This document shows positions 18,401 to 25,714 of a stretch of 49,070 nucleotides of DNA, piece by piece (position 1 is the first letter of the stretch; the number at the start of each line of letters is the position of its first letter). The stretch lies in assembly GCA_030638685.1 (NCBI GenBank), contig DAOWED010000130.1:1-49070 (forward strand). The letters are read 5' to 3'. The stretch is from Candidatus Heimdallarchaeota archaeon (GTDB lineage Archaea > Asgardarchaeota > Heimdallarchaeia > Heimdallarchaeales > DAOWED01). The translations under genes were made by a program, and so were the position numbers. The notes beneath the pieces were generated by a model that worked only from the letters and a program-made list of their open reading frames with translations, was not told the DNA's origin and searched no databases.

Positions 18401-19650
18401 ATGTTGTATTTGATATCTATAACGCTTCGTCAGGGGAAAAATATCTTTCTTATGATTTGGAAATTTACTCATCATATTATCATGCTTGGTTTAATTATAC
18501 CTTAACAGAAATTTTCACAGTAAAAATCCCCGCAGGGTCATACAGCGTAGATTTAATTTATGAGGGTGAAAATGTTTATAGCTTTTTAATAACGATAGCT
18601 TCAGATTTTTATTATTATATACCAATGGGTCTTTGTAACTTAACTTTAAGCTTTGAAGAACCTATCAATCATTTTCCTGTAGAAGGAATCCATTTAACAG
18701 TACGACACCTTGTATCTCAAACCATCCATTCAACATATTATACTTCCTCCTCAAGCTGTACATTCAATCTTCCAGTGGGGAATTACAGTATTGAAGCTTT
18801 AAGTAATTACAATCAAAAAGGAATAATTGAAATAATGTTGATAACAAAAAGAGTAGAAATTCTTACTCTTTCTCCAGTTTTTCATACCTCTAATCTTGAA
18901 ATAAAATGGTTAAATGGATCTTATGTTAATAATCCAGTAATTAGAGTAACCTCTCCATATTATTCTGAGCAGATTCTAGTATCTTTGTTAGCTGGAAAGT
19001 GCACTATCTCTCTTCCATTAGGTCCTCTAACTTTTGAGATTAATGTTTCTTCCTTCAACTACTTTCGTTCTATAAATCTTACTTCAGAAATGACAATTAT
19101 TGAGTTATTTCTTCCAAGTTCATCTATAAATGATCCTCAGTATTCACCTGGTTTTGATTCTTCCAAACTTTCAACCTTTGACATCTCAGTTTCAAATTCG
19201 GACGAATACTTCACTTCTTACCTTGAAGGACCACTTGCTCTAACCTCAACTTTACTCCTTTCTTTAATAGTAATAGTCTCTTTGGTCATTTTTGTTAATA
19301 TTAATAGTATTTTTAACAACATTATTGATGAGACAGAAAAAGAATTCTGGATTTTACATGCTCTTGGTTCATCTCAATTACAAATGATTTTGAACTTCAG
19401 CTCAAGAATGTTTATCATATCACTGTATAGTAGCTTTTTTGGTTTTTTTTCAGGCGTTTCGTTAATCACTCTTTTCACATCAATTGGTGAAACAAGAGTT
19501 CTAGGACATGTTTTTCATCCTGTTTTTTTGCTTGCCGTTTTCTTAAGTAATTTATGTATCATAGTTTTATTAACAATAATCAGCTGTACTTATTCAATAA
19601 TAAAGAAAAAACGCTCTTTCAGTAAAGAGACTTTTATGCAAAATAATTGA
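15466..19650 (+). CDS. Giant FtsX/MacB-family permease with a ~1000-aa sequon-rich extracytoplasmic insertion of repeated beta-rich (Ig-like / carboxypeptidase-regulatory-like) modules
   Basis: 1394 aa. The N-terminal TM (AVMALIGLLISSTILSGTISLILG) is followed by a MacB-type periplasmic core (VIGQRLASKAKVTVGESIMVYS...LKVVGILNT). The C-terminal FtsX domain is FWILHALGSSQLQMILNFSSRMFIISLYSSFFGFFSGV plus further TM helices. Between them are repeated modules of about 90 aa and more than 30 N-x-S/T sequons by eye. Confidence 0.8.
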   Translation: MFDKLLLKNIVPRSRAVMALIGLLISSTILSGTISLILGVYSGSVNYLGESDDILIISNEGASTPFSSMIPYELMTLAATLPGVVKASPEVLATVITKGQSIYMRGIDHSVFWEFEDYKSITGRFWLKESLNEIVIGQRLASKAKVTVGESIMVYSTQKPSSMNLKVVGILNTNSLLADEVIAPLWVAQFLAFQNEAVLSHVRLKIDLDQVSKNEIRNQIKTDYNLEVKLNPLNGSETEISGIINVETLGGFIIESSSFTDLTQEFSYSLPFRNYVINVISQSEIIGSENIPLIRDLYQTIDIGKNAYKATFNVSAGGLPANGAQIVIESPILKDGIQIETNSTGLAQISLTENHYSVEVNYFGLSWTLDLYQNSSRIIPVILPTLFPSFDIISPMNDSTYYTSPITLNTTSSANQFYYSLDEADFVLFTSGDKIYPVTGQHELIVKATNNGLNFTEETVYFTVGSNTIEADCFWREMSNTPHVNLGALIQVSFTPSDAIIQYQWSDEEIIYTPSTSNGSFYTFAPISIGEHHLSVFLYYNFGDGIYKILTKKLGIYVEVSPKTLGISVTNNTIIYRNQLIDFWSSQYNGSFNYAWDAGSEKTITNETIAIPKGFVGMHNLVIYSFLDETVFSVSYTLNISEEGFPSFNLSFDPQNNVISATWQSLEFTQSLPDYVMIDWGFGKIMLNESYSFMIPPSEGTYFLSIIVTDIHNINHTYTYKISSLINFQEPFAFLEGNTLGVIPTPYLPINVIGLFDEANISIYHLNDSLISTYEFDEKVNWYLLPGDYYWVLSYLHESVLSTKKGTFSIANFVKSETYTLFDPWSSDALIAIPHLFQINTLFTSNMTYVNGEQYTLPIGLSIIRYYALNTSSGFIVTFQDYIYVKNYIEEFLPENWDYLNLNDTLEITFSSYYSEVHDIYYKISNENGTIIIPERNYTSSETVSLSSGTYRLFYQIVDILGNSVNNSLVFIHQPELFDVVFDIYNASSGEKYLSYDLEIYSSYYHAWFNYTLTEIFTVKIPAGSYSVDLIYEGENVYSFLITIASDFYYYIPMGLCNLTLSFEEPINHFPVEGIHLTVRHLVSQTIHSTYYTSSSSCTFNLPVGNYSIEALSNYNQKGIIEIMLITKRVEILTLSPVFHTSNLEIKWLNGSYVNNPVIRVTSPYYSEQILVSLLAGKCTISLPLGPLTFEINVSSFNYFRSINLTSEMTIIELFLPSSSINDPQYSPGFDSSKLSTFDISVSNSDEYFTSYLEGPLALTSTLLLSLIVIVSLVIFVNINSIFNNIIDETEKEFWILHALGSSQLQMILNFSSRMFIISLYSSFFGFFSGVSLITLFTSIGETRVLGHVFHPVFLLAVFLSNLCIIVLLTIISCTYSIIKKKRSFSKETFMQNN

Positions 19651-19664
19651 TTATTAATTTTGAT

Positions 19665-22355
19665 CTAATTCATTATAAACCAAAAATTATCAGATACAGA
19701 CCAAGTATTTTGTTCAAAAGTAATTAGACCGTCTGATAACGGATTTACGGTATAATATTCCTCTTGCTGAAGCAGTTGATCGTATTGATTTATCCAAGTA
19801 TAAGCTAATGATGCATTTATTAGTTGAATAGAGTTGGATGGAAGATCCATCATTTTGTATTTAATGAAAGAGTTGAGATCAGAACTACTTAGAGAAAAGT
19901 TCTGCTGAAAAATCTCCTCTCCTACTGAATAGAATATTTGTGAAGATACTTCGACGGATGATGCTTGTAAACTAGTGAAATCGAGAAGACTTACCAATTC
20001 ACCGGTTGATGTTTCTCTTTCTTTGAGAGGAACCATTAAACTACTAATACCTAACATAGAATTATCAACTGATAATCCTAAATCTAAAACACCGTAGAAC
20101 GTATTGAAACTATTCACTTTATAGAGTTCAAACTCTGAATTATTGTAAAGATAAGAAAAAATATCACTATTATGAACCATTGAAAATATAGGGTATTCTC
20201 GTAAAATGTAGGATTCAAAAGATTCATACCAATTATGGTCCTTTCTTAAAGAAACAACAAGAGTAATATCATATTCGTTCATTATCTCAAGAAGATAAGT
20301 AGTATTGAACCTAGCAAAATGATTCTTGGAAAGATCAAACTCGGTAGTGTAGAAAAGATCTATTACGGGATGACTTGAGTAAAATTCTAATCCTGGTACG
20401 TTAGCTCCAATGATAACATCTGAGTTGGGTGCTTGAGACACTCTTATTGCTTCAATAAGATCCATCATGTTTTCTCGGGCATCGTAAACCCATTTATTCT
20501 GAAACTCATCAATGTCAAAACCTGTATCATACAGAAGATAAATTTGACCTCCTATAGGGGCGATGAGTAAAACACTTATTACTCCAACAGTAGCTCCTTT
20601 GTGAATAGCAGCACTTTTCCTAGGCTTCGGAAGCGAGAATTCATAATTATCCCATTTAATTATAAGATATATTAGCAAGGTAAAAGCTACTAAGTAGTAG
20701 CCTAACCTGAAGAGATTTCTATGATATTCATAATATCTTAAGTGAAATTCTAAAGAAACTGTTTCTAAAGGATAAAAAGGGTACTGTGATCCAAAAGCCA
20801 ATAGTAGTAATAACCCTTCTACTAAAAGACTGGGGTCTCTTCCTTCAGTTAATTTTGCATGAAGGAAATAAAATCCTTTAACTGTGATTAATGCTAGTGG
20901 TACAAGTATAACTGACAAATATCGGGTAGATGTGAACGAAAAATAAGCCAGCCAGATAATGTAGAATCCTATTAACCAGATCCTGATCATATCCCATTCA
21001 CCTTCATCTTTTTCTCTCTTAAAAATACCAACAATTTTGGGAAGAGCCCAAGGAAGAGCAAAGATTGATCCGATAAAAATGACTAGAACTGCACTCCCAA
21101 AAGATGCTTTCATGGCGTTTTCAATATATGTTTCCGCTTCAGGGATATTAATTTCAGGAAAAGAATAATTCCATTTGTCATCATTGATATAAACATACAT
21201 GTCTTCAAGAAAAGATCGAGTTCCGGGGGTGGTCTTTATTCGATCATATAACCAGTAAACCGCGACCAATAACCATGGAATGAGTTCTAGTGATAAGGTT
21301 GTTAAAGAAAGATTCTTTGTTTCTTGCTGAGTAAAGATAAGATAGGCAAGATAAAGACCAAAAAGAATAATCACAACACTCACGCCAATATAGATGTCAT
21401 ATCCTGCTTTTCTAGCCAAGAATAATGTCATGAATGTCAAGACAATTATGCGTAAAATTTTACCGATTCTGTTAGAGGGAGCGGAAAGAAGAATTAACAA
21501 TGGAAGAGCATAGCCACTAATTTTAGAAAGACCAGCTAAGGCTAAACTTAGCCCTGCAATTGTGGCATTTAGTTTCTCGTTTTCCTTCCCTTGGATTAAT
21601 CGAAGATGAAAGTAAAAAGCCATGGTGTAAAAAGCCATAATGTAAAGGTCTTGATAATAAGCCCATTCGTAAATAAGGAACCATGTAAGTGGGGAAGTAA
21701 TAAAGAAAAGAACTGAGCTAATAGCTTTTCTTTTGCTTTGAAACAACTCAAAGGCCAATCGATAGAGTGTTAAGGCTGTTAGAATAAGAATGAAAATAGA
21801 ATAAAAAACAAAACTGTCCTCTTTTGTAACGTAAAGGGCATAAGTATAAAGTAAGGAATTAAGAGGGGGTTTAAAGATGGGGAGAAAATTATAGGGGCTT
21901 ATAGCTGGAATATCATTAGTAAAATAAAAAACTCTGGCATGGGGTAAGTAAAAATGAAGGGCGTCCCATCCTCTGAAAGTGTACAATAGTGAAATAATAG
22001 TATAACTGAGCAATATTAAGCCAGAGATAATAACTCTGATATCTTTAAAAAACGAAGGAATTTTAAACTCAAAAAAAGTTAAACTGTTCATAGTATGCTG
22101 ATAATGCTTGAAAAGAAGATAAACCGGATAAAGCATACTCACAGCAAAGTAAAAGTAGCATATTGTATCAAGAGGTACATTGAATAATCGGTTTAGAAGC
22201 ACCATAGGAGCTGTAAGGAAAAAAAGACTCAAAATAGAACCACTGATGATTTTATCGAGAGTATTTTCATATTTCCAACCGAATTTATCTAAACTATTTA
22301 CTCCTAAAAGTCCAATAAAACCTATGCTAATAATAGGGAGCATTTCTAATATCAT
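19665..22355 (-). CDS. GT-C fold membrane glycosyltransferase (ArnT/PMT-like, polyprenyl-phosphate-sugar dependent) with a large C-terminal extracytoplasmic domain
   Basis: 896 aa. About 580 aa are polytopic (well over 10 hydrophobic helices), followed by a soluble region of about 300 aa. The first loop carries FRGWDALHFYLPHARVF. I found no WWDxG motif, so I do not call it AglB/STT3. Confidence 0.65.
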   Translation of the reverse strand: MILEMLPIISIGFIGLLGVNSLDKFGWKYENTLDKIISGSILSLFFLTAPMVLLNRLFNVPLDTICYFYFAVSMLYPVYLLFKHYQHTMNSLTFFEFKIPSFFKDIRVIISGLILLSYTIISLLYTFRGWDALHFYLPHARVFYFTNDIPAISPYNFLPIFKPPLNSLLYTYALYVTKEDSFVFYSIFILILTALTLYRLAFELFQSKRKAISSVLFFITSPLTWFLIYEWAYYQDLYIMAFYTMAFYFHLRLIQGKENEKLNATIAGLSLALAGLSKISGYALPLLILLSAPSNRIGKILRIIVLTFMTLFLARKAGYDIYIGVSVVIILFGLYLAYLIFTQQETKNLSLTTLSLELIPWLLVAVYWLYDRIKTTPGTRSFLEDMYVYINDDKWNYSFPEINIPEAETYIENAMKASFGSAVLVIFIGSIFALPWALPKIVGIFKREKDEGEWDMIRIWLIGFYIIWLAYFSFTSTRYLSVILVPLALITVKGFYFLHAKLTEGRDPSLLVEGLLLLLAFGSQYPFYPLETVSLEFHLRYYEYHRNLFRLGYYLVAFTLLIYLIIKWDNYEFSLPKPRKSAAIHKGATVGVISVLLIAPIGGQIYLLYDTGFDIDEFQNKWVYDARENMMDLIEAIRVSQAPNSDVIIGANVPGLEFYSSHPVIDLFYTTEFDLSKNHFARFNTTYLLEIMNEYDITLVVSLRKDHNWYESFESYILREYPIFSMVHNSDIFSYLYNNSEFELYKVNSFNTFYGVLDLGLSVDNSMLGISSLMVPLKERETSTGELVSLLDFTSLQASSVEVSSQIFYSVGEEIFQQNFSLSSSDLNSFIKYKMMDLPSNSIQLINASLAYTWINQYDQLLQQEEYYTVNPLSDGLITFEQNTWSVSDNFWFIMN

Positions 22356-22486
22356 TCAACTTCCTCAATCATTATCAGATGTAAACAAATTGACTTTTAA
22401 GAGTGTCGTATGGAATAATTTAGCAAAAATAAATCATGCAAGAATAATCTCAGTCAATGATTAATTAAACACTACTTGAGAGAAAT

Positions 22487-23443
22487 CTACTCCTCAAGAG
22501 CAAAAGGATAGGTTTGTTGAACTATCTGGTAAACAATCTCCGGTGGGAAAATGCCTGCTTCTGTGATTAATCCGTCAATATAGTCACGACTAATTGTTTC
22601 GAAAGCAGGATTGACAATATTTAGTCCCTCAGGAGCATCTGGCCAGAGTTCCTTTCCTCCTCTCATCTCAACCTCTGTTCTTTCACCTAAATGAGTTTGA
22701 GCATCAAATTTGAGTAAGCTTGCCGTAACATAAACAGGTACATCACTTTCTTTGGCTGCCAGTGCAAGAAGACGAGAACCAATTTTATTGAAAACCGTTC
22801 CTTGGCTAGTGATAGCATCGGCTCCAATAATAATAATGTCAGCATTAAACTTTCGAATAGCCCATCTCATACCTGAGTCAACAACCATGGTAGAAGGCAC
22901 ACCAGCACTGACTAATTCTTTTGCAGTTTTTCTTCCTTGATAAAGTGGTCTTGTTTCAGTACAAACAGCAGTAATGTTTTTGCCTTGCTTAAATGCTTCA
23001 ACAATGGTTCCGGATGCAAGGCTAGAGTGACAATGGGTCATTACTGTAGTGTTATCATCAATTCGAGTACTTCCAAATTCAATAATCTGTCTTTTGGAAG
23101 ATGTAAGCAAGTCAAGGTACTTAGAGCCCCTTGCTGAAGTTAATTCTTTAAGCTCATCTATTGATCCCTCATGTGAACGAAGATTAGATAAAATATAACG
23201 AAGACCATTTCTCAAAGCAGGTTCAGTAGGACGGGAATTCCAAAGGATTGACTTTGCTATTTCCAATTCTTGTAAGAATACATTTCTATCTTCAACAAAA
23301 AGCCGGGTTGCATATTCAGAAAAGGCTTTTACTCCTTCAATAGCTACATTTGTTGCTCCTTGTATTGTCAAATCTGATATTCTCTGGGAGACGTCACGAA
23401 GTAATTCCATAGTAATCAGAAATAGTATAGGAAGAAGCTTCAA
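22487..23443 (-). CDS. eIF-2B alpha/beta/delta-like protein, e2b2 / ribose-1,5-bisphosphate isomerase type
   Basis: 318 aa. It has IQGATNVAIEG, VMTHCHSS, and IIIGADAITSQGTVFNKIGS. The true start is probably the internal Met at 23410 (MELLRDVSQRI...). Confidence 0.85.
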   Translation of the reverse strand: MKLLPILFLITMELLRDVSQRISDLTIQGATNVAIEGVKAFSEYATRLFVEDRNVFLQELEIAKSILWNSRPTEPALRNGLRYILSNLRSHEGSIDELKELTSARGSKYLDLLTSSKRQIIEFGSTRIDDNTTVMTHCHSSLASGTIVEAFKQGKNITAVCTETRPLYQGRKTAKELVSAGVPSTMVVDSGMRWAIRKFNADIIIIGADAITSQGTVFNKIGSRLLALAAKESDVPVYVTASLLKFDAQTHLGERTEVEMRGGKELWPDAPEGLNIVNPAFETISRDYIDGLITEAGIFPPEIVYQIVQQTYPFALEE

Positions 23444-23523
23444 AAAGATTAGCTATGTATAGAGAGACTGAGCAATGAAATCAATGCTGAGGATTACTTT
23501 GAAAAAATAAATCAAAAAAACAT

Positions 23524-24609
23524 TTGAGTCAAAACGCTTTATTTTTAATGAAAAAGTCGATAAGAGACATAATGGATAGTCAACCCAAAGACCTTTCAAA
23601 CGTTCATAAATGGTTTAGACCCACCAAAGAAACAATCATTCACCCAACCTACTTAAAAAAACTCAAAAATCAACAATATCAAATTTTTGGGTTAAATTCA
23701 GCAGCAAAAAAATGTTTATGGGTGCATAATGCGTTGTATGGACAGGGAACTTGCTATAAAAACACCTTTTATGGGATAGCTTCTCATAGATGCATTCAAA
23801 TGACACCCAATCTAATATCATGCCCTCTTTCATGTCTATTTTGTTGGAGAGTTCTCCCAGAAGATATTCAACTACCTTCACCATTAAAAGACGGCGCCAA
23901 ACTGACATTTGACGATCCAGAAACGATTTTTTACGGAATGCACTGGGCACAAAGAAGAATAGTATCAGGATATAAGGTAGTGGTAGATAAAAAACTGTTT
24001 GAGGAGGCATGGAACCCAAAACATGTAGCTTTAAGTCTAGCTGGGGAACCGACTTTTTACCCACATATGAACGAATTGCTAGAGTTAATACATGAACATG
24101 AGCTGACATCATTCATAGTATCGAACGGACAGTACCCGTCAAGAATAGAAAAGATAATGGAAACGCCATTCCCGTCGCAGATGTATCTAACAGTAGCAGC
24201 ACCAAACATAAGAACCTACAACGAAATATGCCGACCAAAAAATGTAGAAACAGCATGGGGGCGATTAGAAAGAAGCTTAGAACTGGTAAAAGAAATGAAA
24301 ACAAGAACGGTAGTAAGATTAACAGTAGCTAATACATTAAACTTGGAAGATGCAGAAGGTTATGCTGAACGAATAGAAATAGGAAAACCAAACTTTGTAG
24401 AAATCAAAGGAGTAGTTCATGTGGGCGGAGCACAAAGTAGGATCGAGAGAGAAACAATGCCATCTCACGAAGAAGTTAAAACCTTCGGGGAAGAAATTGC
24501 AGAGCATCTAACAGGATATAAACTGGTGAAAGAGCACCCAAGATCAAAAGTAGTATTGCTCACAAATGGTAAAAACCCAGAAGTAGTGTTTGGAGAAGTA
24601 ACAAATTAA
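23524..24609 (+). CDS. taw1: tRNA 4-demethylwyosine synthase, radical SAM (Taw1/TYW1)
   Basis: 361 aa. The radical-SAM cluster motif is CPLSCLFCW, with LAGEPTFYPHMNELLE and a C-terminal wyosine-base-formation-like region. It has a TTG start; an alternative ATG is at 23548. Confidence 0.9.
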   Translation: MSQNALFLMKKSIRDIMDSQPKDLSNVHKWFRPTKETIIHPTYLKKLKNQQYQIFGLNSAAKKCLWVHNALYGQGTCYKNTFYGIASHRCIQMTPNLISCPLSCLFCWRVLPEDIQLPSPLKDGAKLTFDDPETIFYGMHWAQRRIVSGYKVVVDKKLFEEAWNPKHVALSLAGEPTFYPHMNELLELIHEHELTSFIVSNGQYPSRIEKIMETPFPSQMYLTVAAPNIRTYNEICRPKNVETAWGRLERSLELVKEMKTRTVVRLTVANTLNLEDAEGYAERIEIGKPNFVEIKGVVHVGGAQSRIERETMPSHEEVKTFGEEIAEHLTGYKLVKEHPRSKVVLLTNGKNPEVVFGEVTN

Positions 24610-24740
24610 CTAGAAGAAAAGAATTGAATTCAAGTTAATCAAGGAAAAAATTAAATAGAGCGAGAAAAGAAAGAGAATTGCTTCAAACAACAAAGTCAGT
24701 GAATAACTGCACGAGTTGTTAAAATAAAAAAAAAGAAGTA

Positions 24741-24756
24741 AAAAACCGTTAAATTC
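24741..24756 (+). promoter_or_regulatory. Candidate BRE/TATA element for the tRNA gene
   Basis: AAAAACC GTTAAATT is centred about 26 nt upstream of tRNA position 1 (24778). The call rests on spacing only. Confidence 0.35.
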
Positions 24757-24777
24757 GAAAAATACGGTTAAAAATTT

Positions 24778-24922
24778 GAGCGGGTGATTTAGCCCGGTAT
24801 AATGCTGCCTTGACGAAGAAAAGAGGCACAAATACAGTTCTTCTCTGCAAACTGGCAGAAGTCAGGAGTTCGAAAAAAAATGGAATTGCGGTTCTTTTTC
24901 GAAATTCTCCTCCCGCTCACCA
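24778..24922 (+). tRNA. tRNA-Val (anticodon GAC) with two introns (24816-24852 at position 37/38; 24875-24905 at position 59/60); 3' CCA is encoded
   Basis: Hand fold. The acceptor stem GAGCGGG/CCCGCTC pairs 7/7. U8, A14, G15, G18 G19 and A21 are present. The D stem ATT/AAT is weak. The anticodon stem CTGCC/GGCAG pairs 5/5, and the loop TTGACG+T gives GAC. The variable loop AAGTC allows the G15-C48 pair. The T stem AGGAG/CTCCT pairs 5/5, including G53-C61. After removing intron 2 the T loop reads TTCGAAT. The discriminator is A, followed by CCA and then T7. Intron 2 lies in a canonical bulge(3)-helix(4 bp TTCG/CGAA)-bulge(3) motif. Confidence 0.85.
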
Positions 24923-24929
24923 TTTTTTT
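24923..24929 (+). terminator. Oligo-T (T7) terminator immediately after the tRNA 3' CCA
   Basis: TTTTTTT was read directly after ...CCCGCTCACCA. Confidence 0.5.
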
Positions 24930-25027
24930 CAATTTGCCTTTTTAACCTCAGTTTAACTTTTATTTGAGTCTTAAAACTAAGTTATGTTATCTCCTTCTTT
25001 TTCCCCACTTTTTTCCCTTTTTGACTT

Positions 25028-25558
25028 TTAGGCGCCATTTTTAGCCTTAATTAAGTTAACTAATTCATCCTTTCTCAGTTTTAGAGCGTTGATTATTACT
25101 TCATTCTCAAAAGGTTCAAACTTTTCTCCGCACTCTGGACAGACAAATTCGAAAACCATTGCATCTTGAAAGCTTATTCTTGTGTAATGTTCACAATTTG
25201 ATTGGAAGAACATTTGGCTTTCTTCAAATTCTAACCTCATTTTTATTTTATTCAGTACCTCCTTCCTTCTAGTACTAATAATATCGTCAATTCTTTCTGG
25301 GTGAATTTTCCAAAGGTATAGAAACCATCCGCTGTTTTTGTCTCTTATTCTTCTAAATGAAGCAAGTTGGATGTCATAAAGCCTGTAGAGTGCTTTTCTT
25401 ACGTTGTTTAGCTTTATGTCTAATTCTTCTGCTATGATTTCATCTGTAGTTTCTTCCTCAGAATCAAGGAGGACTATTGCTACTTTTTTTACTTCAGGTC
25501 CTGCTATATCTTCTACCATGTTTAATAGTGTCTGTCGTTGTGTCTCTGAAATTGTCAT
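25028..25558 (-). CDS. tfe: Transcription factor E, alpha subunit (TFIIE-alpha homologue)
   Basis: 176 aa. The N-terminal extended winged helix is TDEIIAEELDIKLNNVRKALYRLYDIQLASFRRIRDKNSGWFLYLW. The C-terminal zinc-ribbon-like segment is NCEHY...FVCPECG. Confidence 0.85.
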   Translation of the reverse strand: MTISETQRQTLLNMVEDIAGPEVKKVAIVLLDSEEETTDEIIAEELDIKLNNVRKALYRLYDIQLASFRRIRDKNSGWFLYLWKIHPERIDDIISTRRKEVLNKIKMRLEFEESQMFFQSNCEHYTRISFQDAMVFEFVCPECGEKFEPFENEVIINALKLRKDELVNLIKAKNGA

Positions 25559-25714
25559 GAAAAATCCACCTTAATTAAATACATCTAGAAAATCTGACCT
25601 ATCTCCAATATCTCGTTGCCCTTAAGAAATTTATCTCTGTCGATTAAAACTTTTGTTTTATTTCCTTAAAGTTGAATGAGAGTGTTTTTTAATTAAAAGA
25701 TTTTTATTAATCAA

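Noticed and set aside
19665-22355. Calling the 896-aa membrane protein the oligosaccharyltransferase AglB/STT3
   Set aside because: I could not find the WWDxG catalytic motif or DK/MI-type motifs in the translation, so only a generic GT-C (ArnT/PMT-like) call is justified.
22180-22464. 94-aa + strand ORF overlapping the N-terminus of the GT-C gene
   Set aside because: It is antisense to the first TM helices of the 896-aa membrane protein. It is most likely a compositional artefact.
23663-24304. Long antisense ORFs (149 aa and 63 aa, - strand) inside taw1
   Set aside because: The + strand product has unmistakable TYW1/Taw1 radical-SAM motifs. The + coding strand is very purine/A-rich (AGA, AAA, GAA codons), so the complementary strand is stop-poor by composition. 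The antisense translations are low-complexity and hydrophobic with no recognisable motifs.
24745-24767. Inverted repeat AACCGT...ACGGTT upstream of the tRNA, as a taw1 terminator hairpin
   Set aside because: It has only 6 bp with a loop of about 11 nt in an A-rich context. It also overlaps the position where the tRNA TATA element is expected, so the evidence is ambiguous in both directions.
24610-24831. 73-aa ORF on the - strand between taw1 and tfe
   Set aside because: Its translation is F/L-rich and low-complexity, from the complement of an A-rich spacer. It overlaps the well-folded tRNA-Val gene on the + strand.
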